Of a stretch of 64,000 bases of DNA, positions 50,514-62,400 are shown in pieces. Position 1 is the stretch's first letter; each line of letters opens with the position of its first letter. The notes beneath the pieces were generated by a model, which was not told the DNA's origin, did not search any database, and was given only the letters and a program-made list of their open reading frames with translations. Source of the DNA: Cyanophora paradoxa CCMP329 (Eukaryota > Plantae > Glaucophyta); contig QPMI01000036.1 in assembly GCA_004431415.1 (NCBI GenBank), positions 496,001 through 560,000 of the forward strand. Direction: 5' to 3'. The translations under genes were made by a program, and so were the position numbers.

Positions 50514-51523
50514 ATTCCCACCGTGTCGGTGCGCAGCTGGCTGCAGCCCGTCCATGGCGCCGCCGCTGTCGCTCAGCGTGACCAGCGTGAGGTAGGCGGC
50601 TGGCGCGCCGAGCGGCGGCACAAAATGGGCGTCGAGTTGGCGCCTCGGCAACCGGCCTTGTCGCCGGCCATTCCGCAGGAGATTCAGGAGCGTGCGCGTC
50701 AGGGGTTAGCTTCTATGATGTCTCCGGCTCGGCGAGGAGTGCCGCGGGAGCGGCCGCGGCGACGTCGGCTGGCCGCAATGTCGGCCGGCTTGCGTGCAAA
50801 GCCCAGCGCAGCGATGTGTTCCGTCGACACGCGGGCGGCGCCCGGCCCCAGCTCCCTTGCTTGGCAGCTGGGGCTCATCGGCGCTCTCTCATTTCGTTCC
50901 GCTCATCATCTCCTTGCAGTCGAGTCGCTAGATGGCGGTTCTTTTCCACATGCAGGGAAGTTCAGGTCTTTCGGTCGACTTTTGCTTGTCAGGCGTAGTG
51001 CCTTTCCTGCCCTCCGCTACGCGTGGGTCTTCCCTAGGGTGGACTTCCACGTCTGGAGGGTGTTTGCACGCTCTGTTTGCCTTCATCCGTCTGCGTAGGG
51101 CGCTGGGCTTTTTCTGCAGGTGTATCTTTCGGCCTCTCGCCTCGTTTGTTGATATAGGACATAGATAGAACTTCGGAATTTCCCACCACTTAGACAGAGC
51201 ACAGCACTTGACGGTCCTCAGTGTTATCTAGTCGGAGAGATAAATTGGGCAATGTGTGTGCTAATGCAGTAGTTGACTAAATTGGGCAGATAGAGACTAG
51301 TAGTTGTTGTTGTGTGCTAATGCAAATCCAGCCCCTCCGAGGCTCTTCAACAGGTAGCGAACAAACCTTTTCAACGTTAACAGGCCAAGACTTCTACCAC
51401 CCGGTGACCACCTCAGACGTCCCCATCCACATCCATAAGCCACGAATCAACAATCATGAAGCCACAAATTAAAGTCAATATACAATCATGGCAAAATCAT
51501 TGAATTATAATAAAGTAGTAAAG

Positions 51524-54217
51524 CTAAAGCTCAAGAGTGGTCTTTACATCCTCCAGAAAAGGCATCCAATCCTGCTTTCTATCACACAGCTTTTGGAATC
51601 CCTGCTCAAAATGGACTCTATACAACTCCATACTCACATTATCGGTCTTTGGTTGCAAAAGAAAGAGATAATATTTGCTGATACGCTCAGAAATACTTCT
51701 TTCAGAAATGATTTTCTGCTGCAACGCTGTGTTCTTTCGAAGGACAGCAGCCTGAAAAAGGATTTGCGCGAAATAGCTCATTTGTTTCTGACTGGAAGAT
51801 GTTGTTTTCATCTCTATAAGACAAATACAGCCCTCATCATCAATTGCTAAGAAATCAGGCGTGCATGCATAGTTCTCTGCTCATGCCAACATCAAGTCAA
51901 GTCAAAGAAATGACAAGAAAAACACACTTGTTTCGGGCTCTTGCTCATGTTTGAATCGGAATTCAGCCCAAAGCCTTGAGTGTTCAGAGAACCAGGCACG
52001 GTGCAGTGATGTCTTGCCAGGCTGACAAAAAAATACATAGAGACCAGCTTCAAGGAGAAAGTTTACACAACGTAGCCCGACTGCAAGCTGCCACAATTCC
52101 AGATGAATTCTTGCATGAATCGATGCCTCCATTCTTTTTGAAAAGACATTCATCGAGCACCCCCAAACTATTCCACCGACCTTCTGCACCACAGTACGAA
52201 GCAGCTGCAAGGGCCAGGCCAGTCTCACAGAAAATCCCTTGAACTTGGCTTCCTGTGTATTTTTTCTCTCCAAAGCAAAATCGTTCAGCACTCTCCAGTT
52301 GAGTAAAATGCTTGTAAACAGCTTCAAACACCTTTGTAAAATGAGCAGCTGTAGTTGGGATTGCTGTTTCATTTTGAGATGCATCCCAATGCTGAATCAG
52401 CTCAAAAGCTTCAGCAATGTCCAGATTCTTCTCAACTTCGCCTATAAATCGATTTTTCCCAGTTGGAGTGATCATTGTCTTGCAGTCGTTGGACATGTTT
52501 TCGTCTGAATCCGAAAACTCCTTCAAGAAAACCTATAAAGGATCAGAGCATTCGCTTCATCCCTGAAAACAAATTCACAGTACCTTCAACTCAGAGCATA
52601 AGTGCCTTAAAGTCTCTCTGGGGAAATTATCACCTTGCAGCTTCTGGTCCAGACTCTGAGAAAAAATCATAAGAATCTTCATTGTGTAGATGATTATGAT
52701 TGTGCACCTGTAACTCATGGCCCAACCTGTCAGCCAAAGATACACATGAGCCCAACACGGTATGAAATAAGTCGTTTGAAGGGTGCATATTTGATACGAA
52801 CCAGGAAGTCACAGCTTGAATAAAGTCAAGAACATTGAACTTAATTTCGTCAATCTGGAATTCCTCACCAATCGAATTTCGGAATGCAGAAATGAGAAGC
52901 CTGCAAACGTTGAATTTCGGAATGCAGAGATAAAAATCATGACTGGTAAACGATAGGATCATGATTGGTACACTGCACCTGCATTTTTCAAAGTATGTGC
53001 AGTTTCCTGCTTCAATTTATCTGCATGCACCAAGCCGTCTGCATGTATAATGAATGCTTCCGATTGATTATTGCAACTGATCTGGTGCACCTTTTATCAG
53101 TAGTCTCTCGACATAGCAGGTTCTTTCCCAGCAGACTGACATCATAAGCCGGGTTAAACTCATAGGTCGATTGCAGCTGCTCTGCAATTGAGAAAACTCA
53201 CCTCACAAACAGTTCGCAAATCCACTGCTGGAGCTTTTTTCGACTTTCTGTTGTGAACGACTCTACAAACATGTTCTGCATGCATCTGTTCACAACGTCA
53301 AGTAAAATTGTCAATGACAACATGTGCATACAGCTGCAGACGTGTAATGGTCCTACCCTTCAATTGTGGAAGTGCTTGTGCAACCAGAGATGATGTAATC
53401 GATTGTTGAAAAACCTGAGATATTTTTCTCACAAGATATTTTCATACTGGGGTCTCTTACATATAGGGAGCGAACCATTGTTATCACAAGCGTCAAAACA
53501 ATTCAAGAAATGATCCCTTCCATGATTTGATGTGATATCGGTCTGGCACATCTTGATGGCACTTTCCACTGCCTCTCTTATGGCCAACCTGTTGCCAATC
53601 TTTGATAAGCGACTGCGAGAGCATTTGAAAATTTGGGGGGAAAGTCTGAAAGCATACTTTTTGATACGTAAAGCAAGCTCTTTGTTTGCTTCACACATGT
53701 GCATGAGGAGATTTTTACCATCCTTGTCTTGATACTGGATGACAATTCTCCCGCATTCGGAGCAGAAACCCCCAAAAATGCAACCGATGGTCTTCAAGAT
53801 CGAATCACTGCGTGTGAATGATCATTGCATGTACTGAATGATCGGATTGGATCAGTGAGAATGATGTACACACCTTTTCGCAATCGCTGCTTCGACGAGA
53901 TCCATATATTTGACAACCACACAAATTGGAGTGCTGGCGCCATCTTCAGTTTTAGCGCTCTTTATGAAAGTCTTAATGTCAACCCATGGCCCGTCGCCGA
54001 ATGACTGCTTTAACATTTCCCATAGTCCGTCCACCCATCTGCGTGTGCACAGAATGCATTAGCTTATGCTTATGCGCCCCGCAAGGCGACGGCGGCGGAC
54101 TTGCCCTTGCTCCTGCGCTGACAAAGTTGAACCGGGCTCCAATGCCGGCGCCTGGATCATTTCATCGCGCAGCTGGTTCCAGAATGCGATGACAGGTGCG
54201 CCTGCACGCGCAGACAT
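51524..54217 (-). CDS. AT-rich multi-exon hypothetical protein with ankyrin-like fragments
   Basis: MSARAGAPVIAFWNQL... spliced to WVDGLWEMLKQ..., QYQDKDGKNLLMHMC and DACDNNGSLPI. Collinear minus-strand ORFs continue down to 51524, and the 3' end is uncertain. Confidence 0.5.
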
Positions 54218-54407
54218 GCTGCCGCAGTGCAGCTGGCTGCCAGAGTGCTCCTCCGATCCGCACCCAAACCAACCCCCCCCTCCCCCCCCCCCCCCCCCCC
54301 CCCCCCCCGCCCGCCCACCTAGGCCTCAGGGTCCCGACTCCCCGCGGCCGAGTCCGCGCGTGACACGTAAAATCCGTAAAGCGCCGGCGGTAAATCGTCC
54401 GGCTTTG

Positions 54408-56678
54408 AAGCCGCACACGCTCGAGCTCAGCCCTGTTTCGAGCCGTCGGAAGAGCGCCGCTGGAATCGGTCTAGACAAGGCTGCGAGTTCCCCGCAGCGC
54501 CTGGCTCGGGATCAGGCAGCCCAGGGAACTTGCCTTCCACGTTCCAAACATGGCGTTCACGGGGGACATGCAAGGCGGCCTCGAGAAGCAGCTCGTCGAA
54601 GCGCTCGCCCGCGCCGAGTCCGCGAACCCGGCCTCGCTGGTGCGAGTCCGTGCGACGTCCACAGGCGAACGCGCACCCTGCGCGGCCGGATCGCGCGTGC
54701 GTCTAATCGGTCGCGGTTGCGCTACGCTCGCGCAGGTGGATGCTTCGGGGAGCCGCCTGTCGCCGGCGGCGCTGGCTCGCGCGCTGAAGATCCCCGCCCT
54801 CGTGGAGCTCGCGGTCTTCGTTGCGGACGGGCGGGTGCGTGCTTTGGCCGCGCGAGCTAATGCAGGTCCCGCCGCTGACGTCGACCGCGCGTCCTGGGCC
54901 CAGGTGTGGGATGTGGCCGAGCCTTTCGAGCCGGTGTGGTACATGAGGAAGAGCCCGCACGACGCGGCGTACGCGATGGAATACGAGGACGACGAGGAGA
55001 TGCAGTCGGACGCTTTCTTCCGCGAAGTGAACGCGCTGCTAAACGGAGGTGCGCCCCGGCCGCGGCGGGCCCCGGAATTCGAATTCGTGCGCGGCGCCCG
55101 CCGACCGCCCACGGCCGCAGGCGCCCTCGGGGCCGTGGCGGACGTGGTGGAGAAGGAGGAGGCGCCGGAGGAGGTCCGGAGCACGGCGGGGGCGTGCCTC
55201 GCCCGCATCGCGGCCTCGCGCGCGCCCGGACTGCTCTCCCGCCTCCTCGCCGGCCGCCAGCTCTTCGCGCCCCTGCTCCGCCTGCTGGACCACCTCTTCC
55301 GCGACCGGCCGGGGCGGCCCGCCGGCGCCGGCAAGATGGGGGTACGCCGCGCCGCCCTCCTGGTCGCGCCGCGCGCTCGAGCCTCGGGCTTCGTGCGCAG
55401 CGGCACCTCGCTGAGCTCATGGAGGCCGTGGTGCTCTACGGGGAGGACGGGCAGGCGCTTTCCGATCCAATTCGATCAATTTGCAATTCGATCTGATTGT
55501 GACGGCCGCCCGCCGCCGCATGCAGGCCGAGCGAGCGACCGCCGAGCCCGCAGCGCTGGCCCCCTTCGTCTCCGCCCTCCGCTGCTTCTGCACGGACCCA
55601 GTGTGAGCGCGTAACTTTATGTACCCGTGCGTTGGTTGACGCTGACCCGCCGGCCCCAGCGCCGACGTCGTGTACCCCGGCCCCTTCCCTCCCGAACACG
55701 AGCGGCGTGCGCGCGTCGCGAATCCTGTAACCCCCTCCTTTTCCGATGCCTGTACCCCAGTGCGGTTGGCGGCGAGCCTGGCGAAGCTCTCGGAGCTCTT
55801 CCTGTGGGGCGACTCCAACCGGGTGGGGGGTACGCGCCCTCCCGCCCCGTACCCCTGACGGGAACCGACCCCGTACCCCCAGGGGAGCTGCCGACCGAGG
55901 AAGGCGTAGCCAGGCAGGCGAGGGCCCTCGAGGCGTCCGGCGCCCTGCAGGCCATGGGCGGTGCGCGTGCCCCTCTCCGACGGCTTTGTACCCCCTGAAG
56001 CGAAGCTGTACCCCCAGAGGTCGTGGTGGAGATTGCCAAATCGATCCCACGTATCGCGGAGCGCGTGAGCTACTCCCCGCCCTGCCCTTCTCCGCCCCGC
56101 TCCGCCCCCCTCCCTCCGCTCACCCGAGGGGGTACAGGACATTCACTACGCTTCTCGGGCCCTCTTCGACCTGCTGAAGACCCTGGAGAAGGCTCTCGTC
56201 CGCTGCGGGAGCCCCGCCGCCGTGCGCGCGCGCTGCTGAAACTAGCGAAGACCCTTTCGTCCATTCTCTGAACATGAGCGGTCGCTCGCGTGCAGGCGCG
56301 GCGCGCCGCGGACCACTGCGCAGCGGCCCTCGCCGCCGCCCAGCGGCACGACCGGCACAACGCGCGCCGCGCCCTCTCAAACCTCCGCCGCTCGCGATCG
56401 CTCGCGCCGCCCTCTGACTCGGGCCGGGCCCACGCAGGCCTTCGGCGGGCTGCGCAACTACAAGATGACGTTCGACGGCATGGTCGCGGAGCTCCGGCCC
56501 CGGCCCGCGGCCCCCGCCGCCGCTCCGTCCCAGCCGCCCGCAGCGAACGGCCCGGCAAGGCCCAGGCCTCCGCCGGCGGAGGGGCAGGCTCCGGCGCCGG
56601 TGCCGGCGCCGAGGGCCCCCATGGCCGCCCAGGGCGCCGGCGGCCGCGGCTCCGGCCTCGTCCGCGGCTTCTTCAACA
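54408..56678 (+). repeat. Copy 2 of the ~2.3-kb direct segmental duplication
   Basis: Near-identical to 48271-50513. Confidence 0.95.
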
Positions 56679-56683
56679 GGTAG
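54550..56683 (+). CDS. Hypothetical alpha-helical (ARM-like) multi-exon protein
   Basis: MAFTGDMQGGLEKQL..., VRSTAGACLARIAAS, LFAPLLRLLDHLF, ...GLVRGFFNR*. Homopolymer indels at 55560-55880 break the frame. Confidence 0.55.
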
Positions 56684-57489
56684 CGAGCGAAGCTTCTCAA
56701 TTTCTCCTCTGCCTTGCAGTCGCCATCTGCATCCGTCTTTCCTGCCTTTTCCAAATTTCTGAATTGCAATGCCGCAGTGCGGCATGATGATGATATGTCT
56801 GCCAGTTCGATTCTCAGAGAGTGATCGCATTGTTCTGCGGCAAAAACTTGAAATTTGATGATTCATGCCGTGCCGGTGATGTGGTCCTGAACATGCCGCA
56901 GAGCCGCAGTGCAAGCTAGCATGCGCACTGCGGCAGTCTCCGCGAGGCCGCGTTCTAGGGCCCCCCCCCGCGGCGGGGGCAGCAAACCGTTGTATGCTCC
57001 AGGCTTAGCTATAGTACAGTCCTAGCATGCGCAGCCGCCGCCGCTCACTCTCTAGAGACCGCCGGACCCGATCGCGAGCTCAGCTGCAGCGCTCAGCAGC
57101 TAGCGGCTGCGCTGCGGACGCACGCTGGGGACTGTGACACGGTACCGGTGGCCCAGTGGCCCCGGCCCGGCGGCCCGGCGGGGCCTCTGCGGGCACTCGG
57201 GGCGGGGGCGGGCACTTAAGCTTGAGTGCCGTCTTAAGCTTAGAAGTGCTTGCAATTGCACTTGCCGCCAAGTACTAATAATCAACATGACTGCTTAATT
57301 ACATGATTACAGCTACAAGCTTTGAAGCTCAGTGAGAATCAGCCACGACATGCTCTCGAAAAAGTAGAATTGAAGGCCCGCATGGGGCAGGGGCCTTGCC
57401 GGCCCCGCCCCCTGGGCAAAGACGAAAAAATTGAAAAAGAAGTAGAAGAGAGGCTACCAGGCCTAGGTCGAGAGGGCCTGGGCCTAGGT

Positions 57490-59389
57490 CTAGAGGCGGA
57501 CGGGGCGGGGCCGGCGGGAGCGGCGGACGACGATGTACCCCTGCTGGGCGACCGCCAGCTCCTCCAGGGGCCGGGCCCTGTCCAGCACGCGCGCCAGCGA
57601 CGCCTCCGAGGGGCCCGCCTCCCGCTGGCCCCGCGCCTGCACTCCCCGCGTAAGACGTAAAAAATGCAGCTTTTAGGCTAGCTGGTCGGCTACATGCTGG
57701 CTGGGGGATCGTCTAAAGTCAAGGAGCGGCAATAAAATCGTTTCTAAGACAACCGATTCCTTCAAAAACGTGGGCTCCGCACCTGCTGGACGAACTCGTT
57801 GAGGGAATCCATGCTGGCCTTCAGGCGCTCCTCCGCCCTGCGCTCCTCCCCGCGCCCGTCCGTGTCCTCCTGCGGCGGGAGCGCGTGAGCTCGCCGGGCT
57901 CGAGGGGCGGCGCAGACGACGGCGCCCGCTATATATATTATGAGAATCGAAGCTGGCTCTCCGGGACCGGGTGCCTGTGTACCCCTGTACCCCGGGGCGG
58001 GGCGGGAGGGGGTACGGCGCACGTGCTCGACGACGAGGATGTCCTCCACGCACTTCTTCCCGCTGCGAGGGGCGAGGTCATGGGACGGTGGGAGGAGAAG
58101 GGAGGAGGAGGAAGGGGGGGAGGGGGGCAGGGGCAAGGGCGGGCAGGGGCAAGCTTTGATTCTCAAAATATTTATAGCGGGCGGCGGGGGCACCTTGCGA
58201 CGCCGAGGAGCTCGAGCTCGAGGGAGTTGGCCCCCGGCGTGATCAGCCGCAGCACTAGCACGGGCTTCGTCTGATGGGGGAGGGGGGGGAGGTGAGGGGG
58301 TACAGGGGAGGGGAGCTGAGGGGGTAGTGCACGCCTGGCCGATGCGGTGGGCCCGGTCCATCGCCTGGAGGTCGTTCTGCGGGTTCTGCGGCCGAAAGTG
58401 AGGCGAAGAAGAAGCCGGGGGGGAGGAGGGGGGGGGGGGTGGATAAGGGGAGGCAGGGAGGGGTAGGCACACGTAGTCCGAGTCGAAGAGGATGACCGTG
58501 TCCGCCTGTAGGCGCGCCGAGGGGATGAGACTTAAGAGGGGGAGGGGGGGGAGAAGGGAGGGGGGTACGGCACCTGGACGAGGTTGAGGCCGAGGCCGCC
58601 GGTCTTGGTCGTCGAGAGGAGCGCGAAGACGTCGTCACGCTCCTGAAAGTCCTTGATCTGGGGGGGGGAGGGGGGGGGAGGGGAGGGGGTACGTCAGTCA
58701 GGCGTTCGGTCAGCCTGGCAGATAACTCGGGCTTCGAGGGGCCTGGGGCTGGCTCGCTGGCTGCTGGCTAAGGGGCCGCCCGCCCGGCTAGGAAGACGAG
58801 AGGATGAGGGCCCCGGGACAGGCGGGCGGACCTGCTCGTCCTTCTCGCCCATGTTCATGCTCCCGTCGATGTGGCGGAACTCGTACCCCCGGCCCCTCAG
58901 GTACTCCTGCGAAGGGGCGTGAGGCGGGGCGGCCGACTGGGCTCCGTTCTGCTACAGCGCGGACGAGGGGGCGGGGCGGGCGGGGGCTTCTTGCGCGGGC
59001 CGGCGGCCGGCCGGCACGGCGATGCCTAGTCGCTGGGCGCCTCTCGCGGCGGGGTCGGAGGGCCGCCAGGCCTCTAGCTTTTGAACGTGCCCTAAACGCG
59101 GGGCCGGAGGCGTGCCCTCTGCTTCTAGATGGATGCGGCGGGGCGGGACGGGGGGGGGCGGGGCGGGGCGGGGCGCACGGCGAGGACGCCGAGGACCTTC
59201 TAACAGGCTTCTAACAGGCTTCTAGCATGCTCTAATAGCCTCTTAAGCTTCTATTCGTGAACTTCTAGCTTCTAAACAAATTCGGGCGCACGGCGAGGAC
59301 GCCGAGGACCTCGACGTAGCGGGAGAAGAGGAGGACGCGGTGGCCCCGCGCCCGCAGCGCCGGCAGCACCCGCTCCAGCATCGCAAACT

Positions 59390-59430
<41 letters not shown>

Positions 59431-62400
59431 GGTGAGCAGAGCAGGTGGAGAGGGCCCAGGCCCGGGCGGGGCGGGGCGGGAGGGGATGGGAGGGGTCAGC
59501 AAGGGGGGGGGGGGAGGGCTCTTCGAGGCCAGGGGAGCGGGTCGGTCAAGAGCGTGGATGGAGAGTGCGGGCAGGGAGAGGCCCGGGCCCCGCGGGGCGG
59601 GGCGGCGAGTCGGGGGGAGGCGGGGGAGCGCGGCGAGGGAGAACGGCATCGGCGAGCAGAGCGGGTGGAGAGGGGATGAGAGAGTAGCAGAAGCTTAGAA
59701 ATTCTCAGCAAAGCTCATATAAGTCGCTCGCCTTGCCGGAGAGGGAGACCATCTCGTCGGGGGTCGGGTCCTCGCCGCGCCGGATGTGGCCCTCCCACTG
59801 CCCGTCCAGCGCCAGCGGCGTGTCCATCGCCACCTGCCGGGGGGCGGATCAGATCAGACCGGATCGGAGGGGGCCGAATTAGATCCGAGGGGTAGGCGGT
59901 GCCCGACAGGACAGGACAGGGCTAAAGGCTACAGGGCGATGAGCGGCCCTGGCCCTTCCCCGGCCCCGCAGCCCACGAGACGGTGCGGGGGAGGGAAGCG
60001 GGCACCTGCAGCTGCACGTGCCACGCCCGCTGCATCTTCGCCACCACTGCACGCGGCTGAGCGGCGGGGCGGCGGCGCAGAAAGGGGAAAAAGAAAGAAG
60101 GGTGGCCGCCGGCGCACGCTTGGTGGGGACGTGGGCGGAGTAGCCGTCGGGGGCAGAAACCTCCATACCCGCCTCCTCCGGCGACTGCGCCTGCGCGCCG
60201 CCGCTCAGACGCTCGGCTAGTTTCGCTAGTCTGCTAGTCTCGCAGGTTCGCTTAGCTTTCTTTTGCTAGTCTCACAACTGCCGCAGACCCCTGCGCTTTG
60301 GACGCCATATACTGCGCTGCTGGCTCGACTTTGCCGCTTTGCACGGCTCTTCCGAACAACCCGTTCGCTATCTCTCGCTTCGCTAGGCACGCTAAGCTCG
60401 GCAGAGCCTCGACGGGGGGCGGCAGGCTGCGCGGCCGCGCGGCCGCGCGGCTTGATAGCTTCGCTTGTTTCGCGTTCTTTCGCTAGTTTCGCTTTCTTAG
60501 TTTCCTAGAGCGAATTCGAAGGGCGCGGACCTCGGGGGGCGGGAGGCCGGCGTCGGAGCGCTCGCGGGCGCGGGCGGCGCGCGTCCGCGTCCCCTCCTCC
60601 CGCACGTCCACCCTGGCGGGTCGGGGCGGGTCAGATTCCCTATTAGACTCAACGAGATTGAAGGAACGAATAAAGGTTTATGTCAGAGAGGCTAGACTTC
60701 CGAGAGTGGTCAGAGGGGCGAGGATCAAACGCATCGCTCTAGATCCTTTATTAGATTGAATGAATGAATTGAATGGGCGGAGATGCTTGATTCTCTTTGA
60801 TCCGTTTAGAATCTTTCCACTCAGTTTAGATAGATGGGCGGCGGGCGGGCGGGTGGGACGCAGAGGTGATTGGATTCTACTAGGTTGATTCTTCTAGCTT
60901 AGGTTCGGATGGTTAGAAAAGAGATTGGATTGGATTGGATTGGATTCTACTGGCGATCGCTGAGAAGCGAGCGGGCGGGCGGGGCGCACCCGAGGCGGCT
61001 CGCGCGGAACGCCTCCCGCTGCTCCTCAGTCGCCTGCGCCGCCAGCCGCGCCCCGTAGCGCGCCCGCTTCCCCGGCCGCTCTTCCTCCCCCTCCTCGCCC
61101 TCCTCCTCCCCCTCCTCCGCCTTGTGTTGTTGCCGGGCGGGGGGCCGGCCCCGGCCCTTCCCCTTCCCCTTCGCCTTCTGCCGCTCCATCGGCGTGCTCT
61201 CCAGGTCGTGCTTCTGCTCAGATCAGATCAGATCACATCAGATCAAATCACATCGGATCGGATCGGATTTGATCTGACCATGTGCTCGTGGAGGACGGCC
61301 TGAGCGATGGCGGCGAACCAGGCGGCCTGGCGCTCGGTGGGGGGGGCGAGGAGCACGACCTCGCGCCTCTCGGGCAGGTTCAGGTCCGGCACTTGCTCCT
61401 AGGAGCCGGGCGTGAGCGAGGGAATGAGGAGGGGGGGTACGAAAATATCGCCCGCTCGCCTTGAGGCGCCGCAGCATGACGAACTCGCAGAGGCGGTGGA
61501 GCTTCGTAATCACGCCGTCCGAGCGCTCCGCCCTGCGCTCGGATTGACGGGGGCGGGGGGTACAGAGGAGCGGCGGGAAGGGGGGTACGGGCGCACGCGA
61601 CGAGCTCGTCGCGGCCCTGCTTCGAGTGGAGCTGGTCGTGCTTCAGGCTGCGCGGGCGTGCGCGGGGGGCGGCGAGCGTCAGAAAAGGCCAGGAGGCGGC
61701 CAGGAAGAGCCTCCCTCCCGGCGCGCGCACATCTCGGCGAGGGGCGTGGAGCGGGGGAAGAGCTCGGCGTTGACGAAGTTGAGGAGCGTGAAGAGCTCGT
61801 CCACGCTGCTCGAGGGGGAGCGGGCGCCGATAATGTGAGTGAGAGGTAGATAGATGGATAGGTAGATAGATAGATAGATAGATAGATAGACAGGGGATGG
61901 CGCACTTGTTGGAGAGGGGCGTGCCCGTGAGGAGGATGCGCCAGGCGCCCCGCCCCACCACGTTCATGTTCGCGAAGCTGCGCCGGCATGGGAGAGTGAG
62001 CGCGGCAGAGGGCGGGCGGCGATGGAAGGGCGCTGGAGCGCTCGGAGCGCCTCCTTTGGGATCTCTAAGACCTCCTCTAGGATGGTCCGCCGGGGGCGGG
62101 CGTGGCGGACGGGCAGGCGGGCGGCGTCCCTGCGGGCTGCCGGGCGCTGGCTAGAGCGCGGCTGGCGCGGCGCCGCATTCTTCTTCTTCTAGACCCCTCG
62201 TCCATCAGTATTTGCCATAAAGACTCCTTACTGAAGAAATTTCCCCAGAATAGGGAAGTACGGTTTAATTCAACATAGAAATAGTTGTATTATTAGAAGT
62301 AGATTGAATATGTGCGCCTCTCCGCCTCTCGGGACCTCCGGGTCCCCTCTAGCACGGTGTACACGCTAGCCCCTCCCAGGCCCCGCCTGCCCCGCCCCCT

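Noticed and set aside
55555-55885. Frameshifts inactivating copy 2
   Set aside because: They are clustered +1 homopolymer extensions relative to copy 1, typical of long-read consensus error, so they were not called biological.
48271-56678. LTR retrotransposon
   Set aside because: The repeats are an intron-containing gene without TG...CA ends, and no gag, RT or integrase motifs are visible in the interior.
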